64,000 nucleotides of DNA from Eledone cirrhosa. Taxonomy: Eukaryota. A program made the position numbers and the translations under genes. This document shows, in pieces, positions 13,197 through 26,779 of this stretch. The stretch covers positions 303,118,001-303,182,000 of the forward strand of contig OZ024741.1 of assembly GCA_964016885.1 (NCBI GenBank). The letters are read 5' to 3'. The notes below the pieces were generated by a model that saw only the letters and a program-made list of their open reading frames with translations, was not told the origin of the DNA and searched no databases. Position 1 is the stretch's first letter; each line of letters starts with the position of its first letter.

Positions 13197-13615
13197 AAAG
13201 TTTTATTTAAAATTGTTGGGTTACAACGAGTAAATATTTTATAACTGATATAAAAGCACTCAACAGCTTTTGGAGTAGGTTTACGATATTAAACAAATGG
13301 AAACTATATTTATAAAACCATATTTATTTCGTTATATATATTTCAGGGATATCATATTAAAAATATGGTATCCCTTCCTCAGACAAAATACAATATATAA
13401 GCTGTTTTATAAATAATCAACTGTTTTATAAATAATCAACTTTTTAAATGGAAGTTGCATTATTTTAAGGTATATCAAAATTATTTATAAAACAGCTTAT
13501 ATATTGTATTTTGTCTGAGGAAGGCATACCATATTTTTAATATGATATCCCTGAAATATATATAACGAAATAAATATGGTTTTATAAATATAGTTTCCAT
13601 TTGTTTAATATCGTA
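13195..13615. mobile_element. Fold-back module family F3 (arms 13282-13417 / 13480-13615, tail 13195-13281)
   Basis: About 135-bp inverted arms; homologous, in opposite orientation, to 30458-30709. Confidence 0.88.
13509..13570 (+). ncRNA. Type I hammerhead ribozyme motif (mirror copy on - near 13327-13388)
   Basis: ttttgt CTGAGGA [agg.ata..catat ttttaatatg.tatccct] GAAA tatata T A acgaaa; stem I with one G.U pair; palindromic stem III. Confidence 0.75.
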
Positions 13616-13811
13616 TATATATATATATATATATATTTCTGTTTGTTGGTTCACCACTGGATAGAACTGGTCATTCCGTATAGTCAACCTTGATGTAACA
13701 TTAGGGAGAGCACTCGACCGGGCTAGAAACTGCTAAATGTTCGGCCTCCTCCCTGTCTCTGCTTTTCAGACCCATGGATTTTGTCTAATATATTCCTCTG
13801 TTAAATTTCGA

Positions 13812-13869
13812 ATACCTGATGATGTCACCGGATTCATACTGAACGCGGTCACTGAAATGATCATAGTAT
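13812..13869 (+). ncRNA. Type I hammerhead ribozyme motif
   Basis: atac CTGATGA t gtcaccg..cggtcac t GAAA tgatca T A gtat; stem I atac/gtat, palindromic stem III AUGAUCAU; predicted cut after 13865. Confidence 0.78.
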
Positions 13870-13914
13870 AATAAACCTTTTAAGGAACTACACGAGTTCA
13901 GCCGCATGTTATTT

Positions 13915-13984
<70 letters not shown>

Positions 13985-14596
13985 CATGCATATATATATA
14001 TATATCTGCTGCTACACGTCTTTTTCGTTCTATGTATCTTTACCCTTTCTAGCAGTCTCTCTCTCTGTTAGCCTCTTCCTCACCCTTCACTCACCCATTC
14101 TCTGTCACTACCTCTCCTCCTCCTCTTTCTTCCCGTTTGACCTGTGCGTAATTCTTTTCTCTCGCACGCTCGGCCAAGCTGGTCGGAATTTTTTCTCTCT
14201 CTCGTCTACGATTTCACAGAACTTATGTTTACCGAATTCGCAGACCAGACCCCGTCTTCCTCCCGTTAGACCTGTGCGAAATTCCTTCCTTGCTCACATT
14301 TCAACCAGGTTTGATGGTCTTTATTCTCTCGTTCACGATTTCACCGAATTTAAATTCATAGAAATTTGGGACTTGTCTCCTTCTTCCTCACTTTCTGTTG
14401 CTTCACCATTTTGTTTGTTTACACTCGCGTCCCCTTTATTTACGTGTCCCAACGACTTTTTTAGCCGTTGCTCGCACCAACCGGAGGTATATGGTCTTTA
14501 AAGCGATGAAATGCCTATGATGGTTGGAAGATCACTGATGAAGGACAAACCAAACTTTTTTCATATGTAACCCATTTGCAACTCCGCAGCGCCTAT

Positions 14597-14650
<54 letters not shown>

Positions 14651-14673
14651 ATACATGCATATATATATATATA

Positions 14674-15347
14674 TACGTGGAAAAGTAAGAAATCGGAGAA
14701 TAGACCGTTAAAACATGTTTATTTAAAACAGCACCTACGTACGTTTCGCCCAGTTGGGCTTCTCAAGGGCATAAATAACCAAAAGTGTTCCTTACATTGC
14801 TCGGAAAGAGTTTTTGGGGTTAGGTTCGCGTCAAGATTCATTGCTCGCAAAAATAGCGTGTTTTGATTTTGCAGCAGGTGAAGGGAAGTAACTCTGGCCG
14901 GTGTTAAGGCAGTCTTTCCCGGACAAATTTTGATCCGTTGCAAGATGTGGTTACAACCTTACCATTGTCGATACGCACAGGGTCATGTAACCAACGCCTA
15001 TTTTGAGACGTTTGTTTTTCCGCACCTGTTTGCCTGGTATGCATGGTTAGTTTCCTGGGTGTTATTTTGCAGCGCCTGCCCGCCGGAGTGTTAAAACTTG
15101 TTGCAAGGAGATTCCGGTACACGGTTTCACTCCTCATCCTTAACCCATCATTAAAGGACTTAAACATCAGCTTCTCCACGCACTGGGATATTGTCGGCAG
15201 GGCTGCACCGTACAACTTCAAGAGGAAGTGCGATCTTTGCCTCATGGAGCTCTACCACATCATAACTGCACCCCATGAGCTCATCAACAGCAGAGCTGAA
15301 ACAGCGACAAGTTGTACACATCGCTTAAAAATATCCTTCTTCAGATA
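14674..15347. mobile_element. Rearranged Penelope-like element: hammerhead-bearing 3' end on -, GIY-YIG C-terminus on +
   Basis: + strand about 15150-15335 reads [44 protein letters not shown], matching the PLE motif W.I...A.PY....C.LCL.E..I...LN.R.E....C.H. Confidence 0.8.
14731..14770 (-). ncRNA. Minimal hammerhead, U3-A8 covariant core
   Basis: gccc TTGAGAA gccc aact gggc GAAA cgtacg T A ggtgc; perfect stem II and palindromic stem III ACGUACGU. Confidence 0.75.
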
Positions 15348-15401
15348 ATACATACAGATATAGATTTGTATATATATATATAATACATGCAGATATACAT
15401 T

Positions 15402-15466
<65 letters not shown>

Positions 15467-16152
15467 ATATATATATATATATACACATATATATATATAT
15501 ACACATATATATATATATGTGTGTGTGTGTATGAGCGTGTGTGCGCACGCGTGTATACCTGTGTATGTGTGCCGATATACATATATCTATAAGTATTTGT
15601 ATTTTTTTTACTATTATGTATACCATACACCTTTCTGTTCTGTTTTCACGTTTTCACTATATTAGTATTAGATTTCGTTACAGGTTACGAAGATGAAAAT
15701 GAGAAGAAAGCAAATTGCGAAAAAATATTAAAAACAAATCGAAAACAGATAGAGAAAAAAGAAGGATCCTTTAAAAGAGTGTGTAAGTAAGAAAATATTT
15801 CTTGACAACATGCCATACAGGAAAAGACGGCATGCATGTATGTTTGTAAATGTTTTGTATGTATATGTACAGATAACAGCATTCTTATAAATACACATGT
15901 TCCCACGCGTACACACATATATGCACGTAGAAAGAAGGCCCAAGTTATACACACACACACTCACTCATATATATATATATATATATATATATACGTATAT
16001 ACAAATATGCAAGATGTGTATATATATAAGTATATCATCATCATCATCATCTTCGTCTAACGTCCATCTTCCACGCTATAACGAGAGGAAGAGAGATGAG
16101 TGAGTGAGTGAGATACAGAGAGAGAAGAGAGCGATATATAAAGAAAGAAGAG

Positions 16153-16237
<85 letters not shown>

Positions 16238-16549
16238 AGCTCTCTGTGATATTTCTCACCTGTGTATTTCGCTACTTTACAATCTACTGCAATAGTACAT
16301 TAGTAGTGGTGGTGATAGTAGCGAATGATGTTGATGTTGTTGATAATAGTATTGTTGACGTCATGCTAGATATAGGCTCAACGCTCCCCCCTCTCTTTCT
16401 CTCTAAAGGAGAAACTTCACAACAATTTCAGTAATGTAATCTCCATGTTGTTAGTAAATGGATAGCTTCCATTTTGTTTTTGAATTGTCGACAAATGGCA
16501 ACGTAGGTAACTGAGCCATGTCTTGTGGTTTCCGTCATCGAGATCACAA

Positions 16550-17605
16550 TTTGTTGTTGCTTGTGGTGGTGGTGGTGGTAGTGGTAGTGGTAGTGATGTT
16601 GATGATGGTAGTGGTGGAGTTTGATGATGATGGTGTTGATGATAGTGGTGTTGGTGTCGGTGGTGATGACGATGTCGCTGGTGGTGGTGGTAGTGTGGTG
16701 GTTGATGATGATGGTGTTGATGATAGTGGTGTTTGTGATGGTGGTGTTGGTGTCGGTGGTGATGACGATGTCGCTGGTGGTGGTGGTAGTGTGGTGGTTG
16801 ATGATGATGGTGGGTGTTTGTGAAGGTGGTGTTGGTGGTGATGATGGCGGTGGTGGTGGTTGATGATGATGATAGTGTTGATGATGGTACTGCTGGTGGT
16901 GTTGGTGTCAGTGGTGATGACGATGTCGCTGGTGGTGGTGGTGGCGGCGTGGTGGTTGATGATGAGGATGATGTTGATGATGATGATGGTGGTGGTGGTG
17001 TTCATGATGGCGGTGTTGGTGTCGGTGGTGATGACGATGTCGATGGTGGTGGTGGCGTGGTAGTTGATGATGTGGATGATGTTGATGATGATGATGGTGG
17101 TGGTGTTCATGATGGCGGTGTTGGTGTCGGTGGTGATGACGATGTCGATGGTGGTGGTGGCGTGGTAGTTGATGATGTGGATGATGTTGATGATGCTGAT
17201 GATGGTGGTGTTCATGATGGTGGCGTTTGTGATGGTGGTGTTGGTGATGTCGGTGATGATGAGGGTGGTGGTGGTGGTGACGATGATATCGTTAGTGTTG
17301 ATGATATCGTTAGATGATGATGATGTTGATAATGATGGTGGTGGGTGTTTGTGATGGTGGTGTTGGTGGTGATGATGTTGGTGATGTCGGTGATGATGAT
17401 GAGGGTAGTGGTGGTGGTTATAGTAATGGTGGTGACGATGATATCGTTAGTGTTGGTGGTGATGATGGTGATAATTATGGTGGTGGGAGTGCTGGTGATG
17501 GTGGTGTTAGTGGTGGTTATAGTGATGGTAATGATATTGGTGGTGGTATTGATGGTGGCGGTGGTAGTGGTTGGGTGATGATGGTGATACTGATGTTGGT
17601 GGTGA
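16550..17605. repeat. GAT/GGT triplet-derived minisatellite with about 100-120-bp higher-order units
   Basis: Recurrent ggtgttggtgtcggtggtgatgacgatgtcg at about 16647, 16744, 17012 and 17117. Confidence 0.9.
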
Positions 17606-17911
17606 AGGTGTTGAAGATAATAATAGAAAAGAGGACAATAATATTTAAAACAAATACTAAACAAGAACAAAGGCAATAATAATTCTTTATTTTTTATCTT
17701 TTCTTTATTAACAGTGGCAATAATAAGACCAGGAAAAAGAGGAGGCATAAAATAGATAGTCATTGAGGAGGTCACAGAATGTGTGACGAAAAAGCTTTGA
17801 AAAACCAATGAATAACGAACAATAAAAATAATGATAAAGATAAAGTGAAAATTATATGGTTCGCGTGTTTCTTTCTATTGGCAACATGACCATCCCAAAT
17901 ATAACAATAAT

Positions 17912-18790
17912 AATTGTTTCTACTTTTGGTACAAGGCCATCAATTACCCAGTGCACCACTGGTACTTTATTTTATCGACCTCGTAAGGATGAAAGGCAAA
18001 GTTAACCTCGGCGGATTTGAACTCAGAACGCAAAGCGCCATAACTATGCTGCAAAACATGGTGTCTGGCGCTCTACCGATACTGCCAAACCACTGCCCTA
18101 ATATAACAATAATAATGATTTCTACTATAGACACAAGGTTAGTATTTTTTGTGGGGGGAGAGTCGATTAAATCGACCCCAGTCCATTACGGGTGCTTTAT
18201 TTTATCGACCCCGTAAGGATGAAATGCAAAGCTAACTTGAGAACGTAAAGGGCCGTGACTCTAATAATAATAATAATATATTTTTCTAAATTGCTGCAAG
18301 GCCTAACATCCATCGCTGTGTGGTTAAGAATATTAGTTCGCAATTACATGGTTACGAATTAGATACCACTATGTGAATAAATTTGGGCTGTTAGAAGCTA
18401 TGCGGAAGCCCGTCTGATGTAATATATTTCTTCTCATGTGCTTGTCTGTATCCGTTGCCCGCATTAACACCCCCTCTATCTGACCCCGTTGTGTGTTTTT
18501 CAGACAAACATCCAGACTACGTTTTCCATTTCAATTTCTTCGAGAAGAATTTCTGTGGTACTCATACAAATCTACATCGGTCTTAGAAGATAATTCTTTT
18601 TAACATTGGTACAAGGCCAGAGAAAGTCGATTATATCGACTTAGTATTTAACTGGCACTTTATTTTATTGATATCGGAAAGGATGAAATTTGACTCGGAG
18701 GGATTTGAACTTAAAACGTAGGAAGTCGTAACTAATGGCTGCAACGTATTTTGTTTGACGTTCTGCCGATACTGTCAATCCACCGCCTTA
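17912..18790 (-). mobile_element. Cluster of SINE-A copies on the minus strand
   Basis: ctggtactttattttatcgacc..aaggatgaaaggcaaagttaacctcggcggatttgaactc at about 17960, 18195 and 18650. Confidence 0.75.
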
Positions 18791-18903
18791 ATGATGATGG
18801 TAATGCTTTTACTACTGGTGATGATGATGGACAAATTATCCGAATATAAAGATCTTAAAGTAAAAATATGGGGAATAAACACAGAAACAATCCCCGTCAT
18901 AAT

Positions 18904-19315
18904 ATCTGGGATGCCACATGCAGCGACACATTCTCCAGCGGTAATCTGGTGCCGTCTGCGACTAATCCAGGCTCTGCGGCGCTTCAGGCCGGGGAGGGTA
19001 AACTCTCCAAATATCGGTCGCTTTCCGCCAGGTTTGCGGTCGAGCCTGTAGCAGTGGAGAATTCTGGTGTCCTTGGCCCTAGGACCACCTAACTACTCAC
19101 CACCATCGGCACAGAGTTGACTACCCGCAGCTGTGAGCCTCGTGAGCTGGATTGACTCTTCCAGCGCCTCTCCCTCACTATCCTCCGGAGAAACGCCTTT
19201 TCTATTCTGTCCACCGGGTCCGCATGGCGGCCAGCGCGTGTGCCCCCATTTGCTCATAATAGTGAGAGATGGGGGAGAACGGGAGAGACGGAGGCAGTGA
19301 CGGTGAGAGTTTGAT
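18904..19315 (+). mobile_element. CRE-like (RLE-endonuclease) non-LTR retroelement 3' end
   Basis: WDATCSDTF..AALQAGEGKLSKY..FAVEPVAVENSGVLG..LFQRLSLTILRRNAFSIL with stops; the same end occurs at 25228-25470 and 46795-46950. Confidence 0.75.
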
Positions 19316-19589
19316 TCTATTTTGATATATGTATATATTTATTTACCACACCTCTCTAACTGTATATAAAGTATATTATTATCGTAGTTGAGTATATGTA
19401 AATGTGAAGTAGAATAGAGCATTCATAGGCAAACATTTCTGCATTAAAATTAAAAAAAAATTGCGAATGATTACAAACGTGCATAGAGATATGCACAAAA
19501 TACAAAAAATGGCTCTTCTAGACACTGCACACATATTACATAGAATACTTTCACTAGGATAAAAAATAGAACGCGAAAGCAAAGCTAAC

Positions 19590-20035
19590 GCGCCAGCACG
19601 ACCAGCACCGTCGCCTTGCCTGTTTTCGCGTGGCTTCCAAACACCACAGTGGTGCCTGGCTCCATGCTTTGCCCTCCTTCTCTACTGGCACGCAGCTGGA
19701 CAACGATAGCTTGCGCATCGGCGTTTCCCTCGGGCTTGGTCTCCGGATCTGCGAGCCACATAAATGTCGCTGTGGAGACACCGTGGACTCTTTTGGCCTA
19801 CACCCGCTTTCCTGTCGCCACAGTGCCGGCTGCCTTCCACGCCATGCTGCCCTCAACGAGGTCATAAAGCATTGCTTAGATGCTGCAGGCTTCCCCTTCC
19901 AGTCCGAGCCGGTGGGGCCAGATGGCATCACCATCTTTCCGTTCCGCGGTAGCAAATCCCTCGTCTGGGATGCCACTTGCAGCGACACTTTCTCCAGCCA
20001 CAACTTGGTACAGTCTGCGACTAACCCAGGTTCTA
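19590..20035 (+). mobile_element. CRE-like retroelement fragment (Zn knuckle and PD-G..D RLE motif)
   Basis: HSGAWLHALP..LRIGVSLGLGLRICEPHKCRCG..GLHPLSC..RHAALNEVI..EP..PDGITIFPF..LVWDATC. Confidence 0.8.
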
Positions 20036-20859
20036 CACACAGTTAAGCTGCAATCAATAATAGGGCAAATCTATACAATAAATATCAGTCTACTTAAAAA
20101 ATTAATAATTTTTAGCATAGGCCAGGGCCAGTAAATAAGGATTTCTAACATTGGCACAAAGCCAGCAATCTGGAGGGAGTGGAGAGTCAATTATATTGAC
20201 TTGACTAGTGCTTCATTTCATTGACTCGAGAAGGTTGAAAGGCAAAGTTAATCTCGACTGGATTTGAACTCAACTGATTGCTGTAACACATTCTGTTCGA
20301 CGCTCTAATGATTCTGCCAATCTACCGCCCTCTATTGAAAAAGAAAAAAATAATAATAACATTAATTACCTGAAATAAAACGACCAGATACTCTCAAAAC
20401 TTCAAGTCTTGCTTGCGAACAACACACAGCTCTTACTCTGCACTTGAATAGCTGTTTACCCGGAAAGCAATACAATATTACCAAAAAGAGAAAAAAAGGG
20501 TACCATAAAAAAATTGTATGGCTTTAAAGATCAAATACTGGTAAACTGAGTTATCATGTATGTATGAACCCATAACTCACGATGACGTCGTAGAAGCGTT
20601 GTCGTGATACTCGGCCTTTCTTGGGCATTTATACATCAGAGCCCATCCCTCTCCACGTCTGAATAAAGTAAATTTCTCCGAGAGAGAAAGGGAGACACGT
20701 GCAGAGAAATAGAGAAAGAATCGACATCGGTAATGGACTGGTACATTTTCTATTCATCTCAAAAGGATGTAGGTAAAATTGACCTCGGTTGGATTTGAAC
20801 GAATTCTTACAAAACGTTCTAACGGCTCTACCAATTCGCGGCCTCTTAAGCTATTATAG

Positions 20860-21205
20860 AAAACACCATAAAAAGAGAGAATCAAAACTTAGCATAGAAT
20901 GGATTAATTACAGAAAAGTATTTGGTAGAATATCACACTCTTGGATACTGGTGTCACGTCACATTAATAAAGCAGCCCCAATACAAACGCGGCATATCAA
21001 TCATGCCATGTCAAAACAGAAAGCAACCATATCACTACAAGGTAAATAGTAGATAATTAAAATCAGGAATCACCCGGGAAGCCTCCTTGTCCTATTTACT
21101 CTTCTGCTAAGCTCTGATCCCATTAAAAAAAGCTGTTGAATAATATCACGCAGGGTTATAAATGTTACGGTCAAGCTGTATACAATCTCTGCTATGTGAA
21201 TGATG
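20860..21205 (+). mobile_element. Degraded R4/Dong-type RT fragment
   Basis: KLSIEWINYRKVFGRISHSWI (cf. LS.AWIDY.KAFDSVPHSWI), later LNN..QGY..YNLCYVND (cf. HL.YMDD). Confidence 0.6.
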
Positions 21206-21595
21206 CGACGTGTTGGCAGAGTCGTTAGAACGTAGGATAGAATGCTTTCCGGTATTCGTTCCTGCTCTTTACACTGAGTTCAAATCCTATCGGTGTCATT
21301 TTACCTTTTCATTCTTTCAAGGGCGATAAAAGAAATACCAGTCCAGTACTCTGGTCGTTTCTTCCCCTATATCTCTTTCACACTTCTTCACACACACACA
21401 CACACACACCCTAAGCAATTTTGGGTGAGGGAGAGTCGATTAAATCGATCCCAGTGTAAGACTAATGCAGCATACAAACACAGCTCTACATTACCAACAA
21501 ACAATGATGCACACACCTTAAGCTCACGGAGGTGCATTGAGACTCGCATAAAACCGGTCAAAGAATATTGATGATAATGTTGAATATGATGCCGG

Positions 21596-21681
21596 TCACC
21601 ACCACCACCTACTACTACTACTACTACTACTACTACTATTAATGCTGTTGTTGTTGTTACTACTATTACTACTGCTGCTGT

Positions 21682-21713
<32 letters not shown>

Positions 21714-21759
21714 ATGCTGTTGTTGTTGTTACTACTACTACTACCGCTACTGCTGCTGT

Positions 21760-21795
<36 letters not shown>
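21596..21795. repeat. (ACT/GTT)n compound microsatellite
   Basis: Direct inspection. Confidence 0.95.
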
Positions 21796-21798
<3 letters not shown>

Positions 21799-21939
21799 CA
21801 AGTTGCAGTTTTACAAAAGAACACTGTACATATACAGTACAAGTACTGTCTCTCTCAGCTCCTGGTTAAAAACTCGGCGGGGAAATACAAAATCCATTAA
21901 TTATATTTACTGTGCTCGCTCTAATCGATCGACAAGATC

Positions 21940-22600
21940 CCAGTCCTCATTCGCTTGCTGAGTGGGGTGGACCTCGTCAAATCGGACCATTTGATCTTTC
22001 CGTTGCTGATACTATCTACCGGTCGCAACTCCTGGCAGAAGGAGCAACGTGAAATAAAGTGTCTTGCTCAAGGACAAAAGGCATCACCCGGTCCGAGAAT
22101 TGAACACGCAACCTCACGATTGCGAACCCAACGGAACCACTAAATCACGCACCCTTACTGTGCTAATCAATACTAATTATAATCATAAAAATGATGATAA
22201 GGGGTTGAAGATTTGTAGAGTTTGTAGAGAATAGTCTTTTAATATAGAGGAATAATGTAAAGGTTAAAGACCACCTTCGGTCATGAATTATCATGGAATT
22301 TGCACCTAGAAAGTTCTCCTCCGAAGCGCAAGTCCGGCATGGTTGTTTGTGGAAAACCAACAGTTACCCATCCATACCTGTCTCCCCTCTCCACGTCACC
22401 TATGTCGTCTAAGGGAGGCAATGGCCGATACAGTTTGGCACAAGTGATGTCGCAACTCATTTCTAAAGCTGAGTAAGCTGGAGCAACGTGAAATAAAGTG
22501 TCTTGATCAAGGACACAACGCATCACCCGGTCTGAGAATCAAACTCACAACCTCACGATTGCAAGCCTAACGTTCTAGCCACTAAGCCATGCGCCTTCAT
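21940..22600 (-). mobile_element. Two copies of tRNA-derived SINE family B
   Basis: ggagcaacgtgaaataaagtgtcttg.tcaaggaca..cacccggtc.gagaat.gaac.cacaacctcacgattgc twice; also at 57860-58112, 58380-58650 and 63640-63830. Confidence 0.75.
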
Positions 22601-22924
22601 AGTAATGCAAATAGAACATTAAATGTAAAGAAAATCGACAACAAAGTTGTTGGAATGTTACCTTGGGGTGTTTAATTAGTCTTTTATATTTCAGGGTAAA
22701 ATTTCCCTTAGTCAAAAGAAAGGTTAAGGAACCTAAGTCGGTGCAAGATAACCCTGTGTTCCTCTTATATTGTAATTTCTGAGTAAAGATGATATTCTAA
22801 CTCTGGGCAGCATGAGAGAATCACGTAGCATTTATTTATTTATTTGATATATTTTTATTTTTCTGTATGAAATAGTGCAGATGGTTCCGGAAAAGAAGCA
22901 TGTTATTATACAAATTGATCTTTT

Positions 22925-23150
22925 AAAATTAAATTAGGAGCTTTTGCTGTAGTTTTGACTACAAAAAATAGTCTAATAACAGAGTATATAAGCCCCCAGA
23001 AAGAGGAGACCTACCAAACGTTTGCTGATGCCCATTTTTGTTTTTCATTCTGGGGTTTATATGTCTTGGACTATTTTCTTTAGTTAAAAGAACGGCGAAA
23101 GCTTTTAATTCAATTTTCTAATTTCACTTGCTCTCGTCATAACAAACGTG
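22925..23150. repeat. Old, diverged fold-back of family F4
   Basis: Imperfect inverted arms; the right end ggcgaaagctt..attttctaatttcact matches 38560-38592. Confidence 0.6.
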
Positions 23151-23354
23151 TTTACACTTTATACACACATATGTATATATATATATACATACACACACAT
23201 ATATATATATATATGTATATATATATAGTTACAGTGCAACGCTGGCATTTGCGGTCCAGGTTATTCGCGGAATTTTCCTTAGAACCTAACTAATAATTGT
23301 TCGTGGAAACCACCATATATTCGCGGAATCGTAAATGTCTTCCGCGATCTTTTT

Positions 23355-24105
23355 ACGGGGTCGATAAAATAAAGTACGAGTAAGGCACTGTGGTCGATTA
23401 ATTCGACTTTCCCCTCCCCCAAATTGTTGGCATTGTGCCTAAATCAGAAACCATTATTATTATTAAGATTGAAGAGGAAAAACTGGGAGAGAGTACTTTG
23501 CCCTAGTGGACAAGGTGACGGTGGCTTTTGTGGGATTTCTCCACGAGTGACCCATGGAGTCTCCTCACCTTTGGGGAATTTGTTATGTTTGACTTTTTTT
23601 TTATATTTATTTTCTTAATCTCTGTTATAAATTTTATTTTACACACAAAACCCACATTGTATCGTCACGTACCGTCTTTAACGTTTCCTTAATGTGAGCC
23701 CTGTGTGGCTAATATAGAAATTATTATTATTGTTATTGTTAGAGGGTCGGACACCATACTTTGCAGCATGGAGTTACGACCCTTTATTGTCTGAGTTCAA
23801 ATCCCGCCGAGGTTAGCTTTGCCTTTCATCCTTACGGGGTCGATAAAATAAAGTACCAGTCACGCACTGGGGTCGTTTAATCGACTTTCCCCTCCCCAAA
23901 ATTGCTGGCCTTTTGCCTATATAAGAAACCATTATTAGAGGGTCGGACACCATACTTTTCAGCATGGAGTTACGGCCCTTTATGATCTGAGTTCAAATCC
24001 CGCTGAGGTTAACTTTGCCTTTCATCCTTACGGGGTCGATTAAATAAAGCACCAGTAATATACTGAGATAATTACAGGTCTTGTTCCCAAAGTAGAAACA
24101 ATTAT
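23355..24105 (+). mobile_element. SINE-A cluster including a tandem pair (23740-23935, 23936-24105)
   Basis: agagggtcggacaccatactt..gagttcaaatcccgc.gagg occurs twice in tandem. Confidence 0.85.
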
Positions 24106-25227
24106 TATTATTATTGTTTCGTGTTTTCACAAGCCAACTAAGTGTAGCTTCATGTGCCTAGCATATGTGTACTGCATATATTTATCTGCATCTGTTTATA
24201 TTATATCATATGTGACTATTTTGACGAGATTATTTCTGTTTTCCATCTGCACGTTCTGGACAGCTTTGTTGCCACAATTTTATATTTGGATGTTTTAAAG
24301 ATTCATTCCACATATATATTGTCATCTATTACATCGATTAGGTACCAATATTATCCAGATGATTTGCCTTAGCCTCTCTATGAGATTAACAGTTTAAATT
24401 GTTAACAAGCACGTTTGTTTATACATTCTCTGTCCACAAATAACAGGGGGAGGGGGAATGAGCGGGGGGGGGGGGGTGTCGGTATTTTTTCTAGGTAGTC
24501 TCTGTTGAATTTTTTTGAAAAACCAGAATTAGTCGTTTAGTTTACATGTTGCGACCCCTAACCTATCCTATTTATTTTATAACGTAATGTTCTGTTTTTT
24601 AATGTATAAAGAAAATCAATTAATTAATTAAAATGAAGTTTCGCTTGAGATAGATTATCAAAATTTAATAAGTGGAGGTGAGTGGGTTGGAATAAGAGCG
24701 GGGGTAGGTGTATGGGTGGGGTTGGGGTGGTGGTCTGAAAAATTAATAAGCGTGGGGGTGATTATTTGAGATCCGAGTGTACTCACATATTGTGATTTCA
24801 TAGACTTCAACGTTAAATAAAGGAAATAAGTAAGTAAATATACAAATAGAAAGTAAAGAATAATCAAAGAAACCAAATATGAAGTAAATAAAGTTGTAAC
24901 ACCAGATCTTATTTCCCTAAGCAGCTTCGAGAGTTGTAAATAAAGACTGATAGGTTGAGGATTTTTCTTCTTCTTCTTCTTCTTCGCCCACTTATTCCTG
25001 AGAGGGTCGTGGTGGTAGAGTCCTCAAACACTCCTTCCAGCGAGTCCTAAACAAATTTTCGATAGATTTCTATCATCATTTACTTACTTAGTTACGAGGT
25101 TACTTCAGTCATGTGTTTCGGTTGACTGAAATAGCTGACTGTAGAAAGAAACATTGATAATAGTATGAACCAGTGTGAGTGTGTGTCTGGGAAACATACA
25201 TTTACACTAGGTCCGACACAAAGGAAC

Positions 25228-25470
25228 CAAACTCCCACTGTCACTGCCTCCGTCTCTCCCGTTCTCCTCATCTCTCACTATTGTGAGCAATTGGGGGCCC
25301 ACGCGCTGGCCACCCCGCGGCCCCGGTGGACAGAATAGTGAAGGCGTTTCCCCGGAAGATGGTGAGGGAGACGCCATTCGCGAGGCTCACACGTGCGGGT
25401 AGCCAACTCTGTGCTGATGGTGGTGAGTAGGGAGGTGGTCCTAGGGCCAAGGACACCAGAAGTTTCCACT
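25228..25470 (-). mobile_element. CRE-like retroelement 3' end
   Basis: VETSGVLGPRTTSLLTTISTEL..SLTIFRGNAFTIL; homologous to 19055-19315. Confidence 0.75.
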
Positions 25471-25810
25471 TTGCTTTTCAACCTTACAGTGTTGATAAAA
25501 TAAAGTACCAGTTACGCACTGGGGTCGATTTAATCGATTTTCCTCTCCCCCCAAAAAAAATTGTTGGCCTTGTGCCAAAAGTAGAAACAATTATTTACTT
25601 GGGGTGGTCAATTGCCAGAATCGTGAGAGCGTCGGACAATTGCTTTTGTTCTGTGTGTTACTGGTGCTTTATTTAGCGGCTCGTAATTCTATGTTCTGAA
25701 GCATGTTGTCCGATGCTCTATCGATACTATCAATCCACCACCATTTTCATAGAAGTAATAATGAACATAGATTGTTTTACATGTGTGTACGTACAAATGT
25801 ATGTATGTAT

Positions 25811-26357
25811 GTTGGCGACTAAACTGGCAACCCCACCAATGTTTCTTGGTGAGGAGGGTGACTTTGGACATTCTGCAGGACTAAAAACAAAACCTGTCAA
25901 AGGGCAAAGGAGCTCTTAAGAGTCAATGGCCATCCAAAATCACCGGGAGAGATGACCCCTTAGCCTTTGTCAAGGCAGAATTCTAGGAGAAGGAAAACTC
26001 TGATATAACACCTGCAACCCTGATGGTATCCAATGATGTTGACTTGTTCTTCTTTTTGGTAAATGTCCTCTTGGTTAAGAGAGTGGGACTGGCTTTGTGC
26101 AGTGCCTTTGCTCACTATAAAAGCTTCACGGCACAGGCATTGCTTTATATCTGGAGATCTCTCTGCCCTTGTCATCACATGGTACCATGGGCCCAGCACT
26201 ATGTGTCAATAATTGTCACATGTGTAGTGTTTGTACCAGAGTTTTCAAGTCGCTGGCTGGACTAAAAAGTCACACTCGTTCAGCGCATCGGTACGGGTTC
26301 TCCTATATATAAAGATATAAAGTAGTGGCCGTACTCGAAAACGAGTTGGCAGTCACC
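25811..26357 (+). mobile_element. About 545-bp non-coding repeat in (TATG)n, copy 1 (RTE 5'-UTR-like)
   Basis: Near-identical to 28074-28614; contains ggagaaggaaaactctgat, as in RTE 5' regions; a diverged third copy lies at 26380-26770. Confidence 0.75.
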
Positions 26358-26779
26358 ATGTATGTATGTATGTACGTATGACAAAGGGCGGAAGAACTCA
26401 TAAGAGTCAACGGCCATCCAAAAGTGTGTAAATATGTATATACACATGTACCGCGCGGTTAAACTACTGGGAGTGAAGGACCCCTAGCCTTTGTCAAGGC
26501 ATTCTTCTAGGAGAAGGCAACTCAGGTAACTGGGATAACTCCGATATAAAACCTGCGGCTCAGTAGTTATCGATGGTGTTGATCTTTTCTTCTTTTCGGG
26601 TTATAGCTACTGTCGCTCATAGCGTGGGATTGGCTCAGTGCACAGTCTTTCTTCACTTTAAAAAGATATATTCACGCACAGGCATTGCACGATAGAATTA
26701 ATTAATAATTATTAATAATGGTATATCGTGCAATGGCCATACTCGATAACGAGGAGGCAGCCATCATCTACGTATGTAT

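Noticed and set aside
16518-17808. Asp/Gly/Val-rich ORFs
   Set aside because: Minisatellite derived from GAT/GGT triplets, open on both strands.
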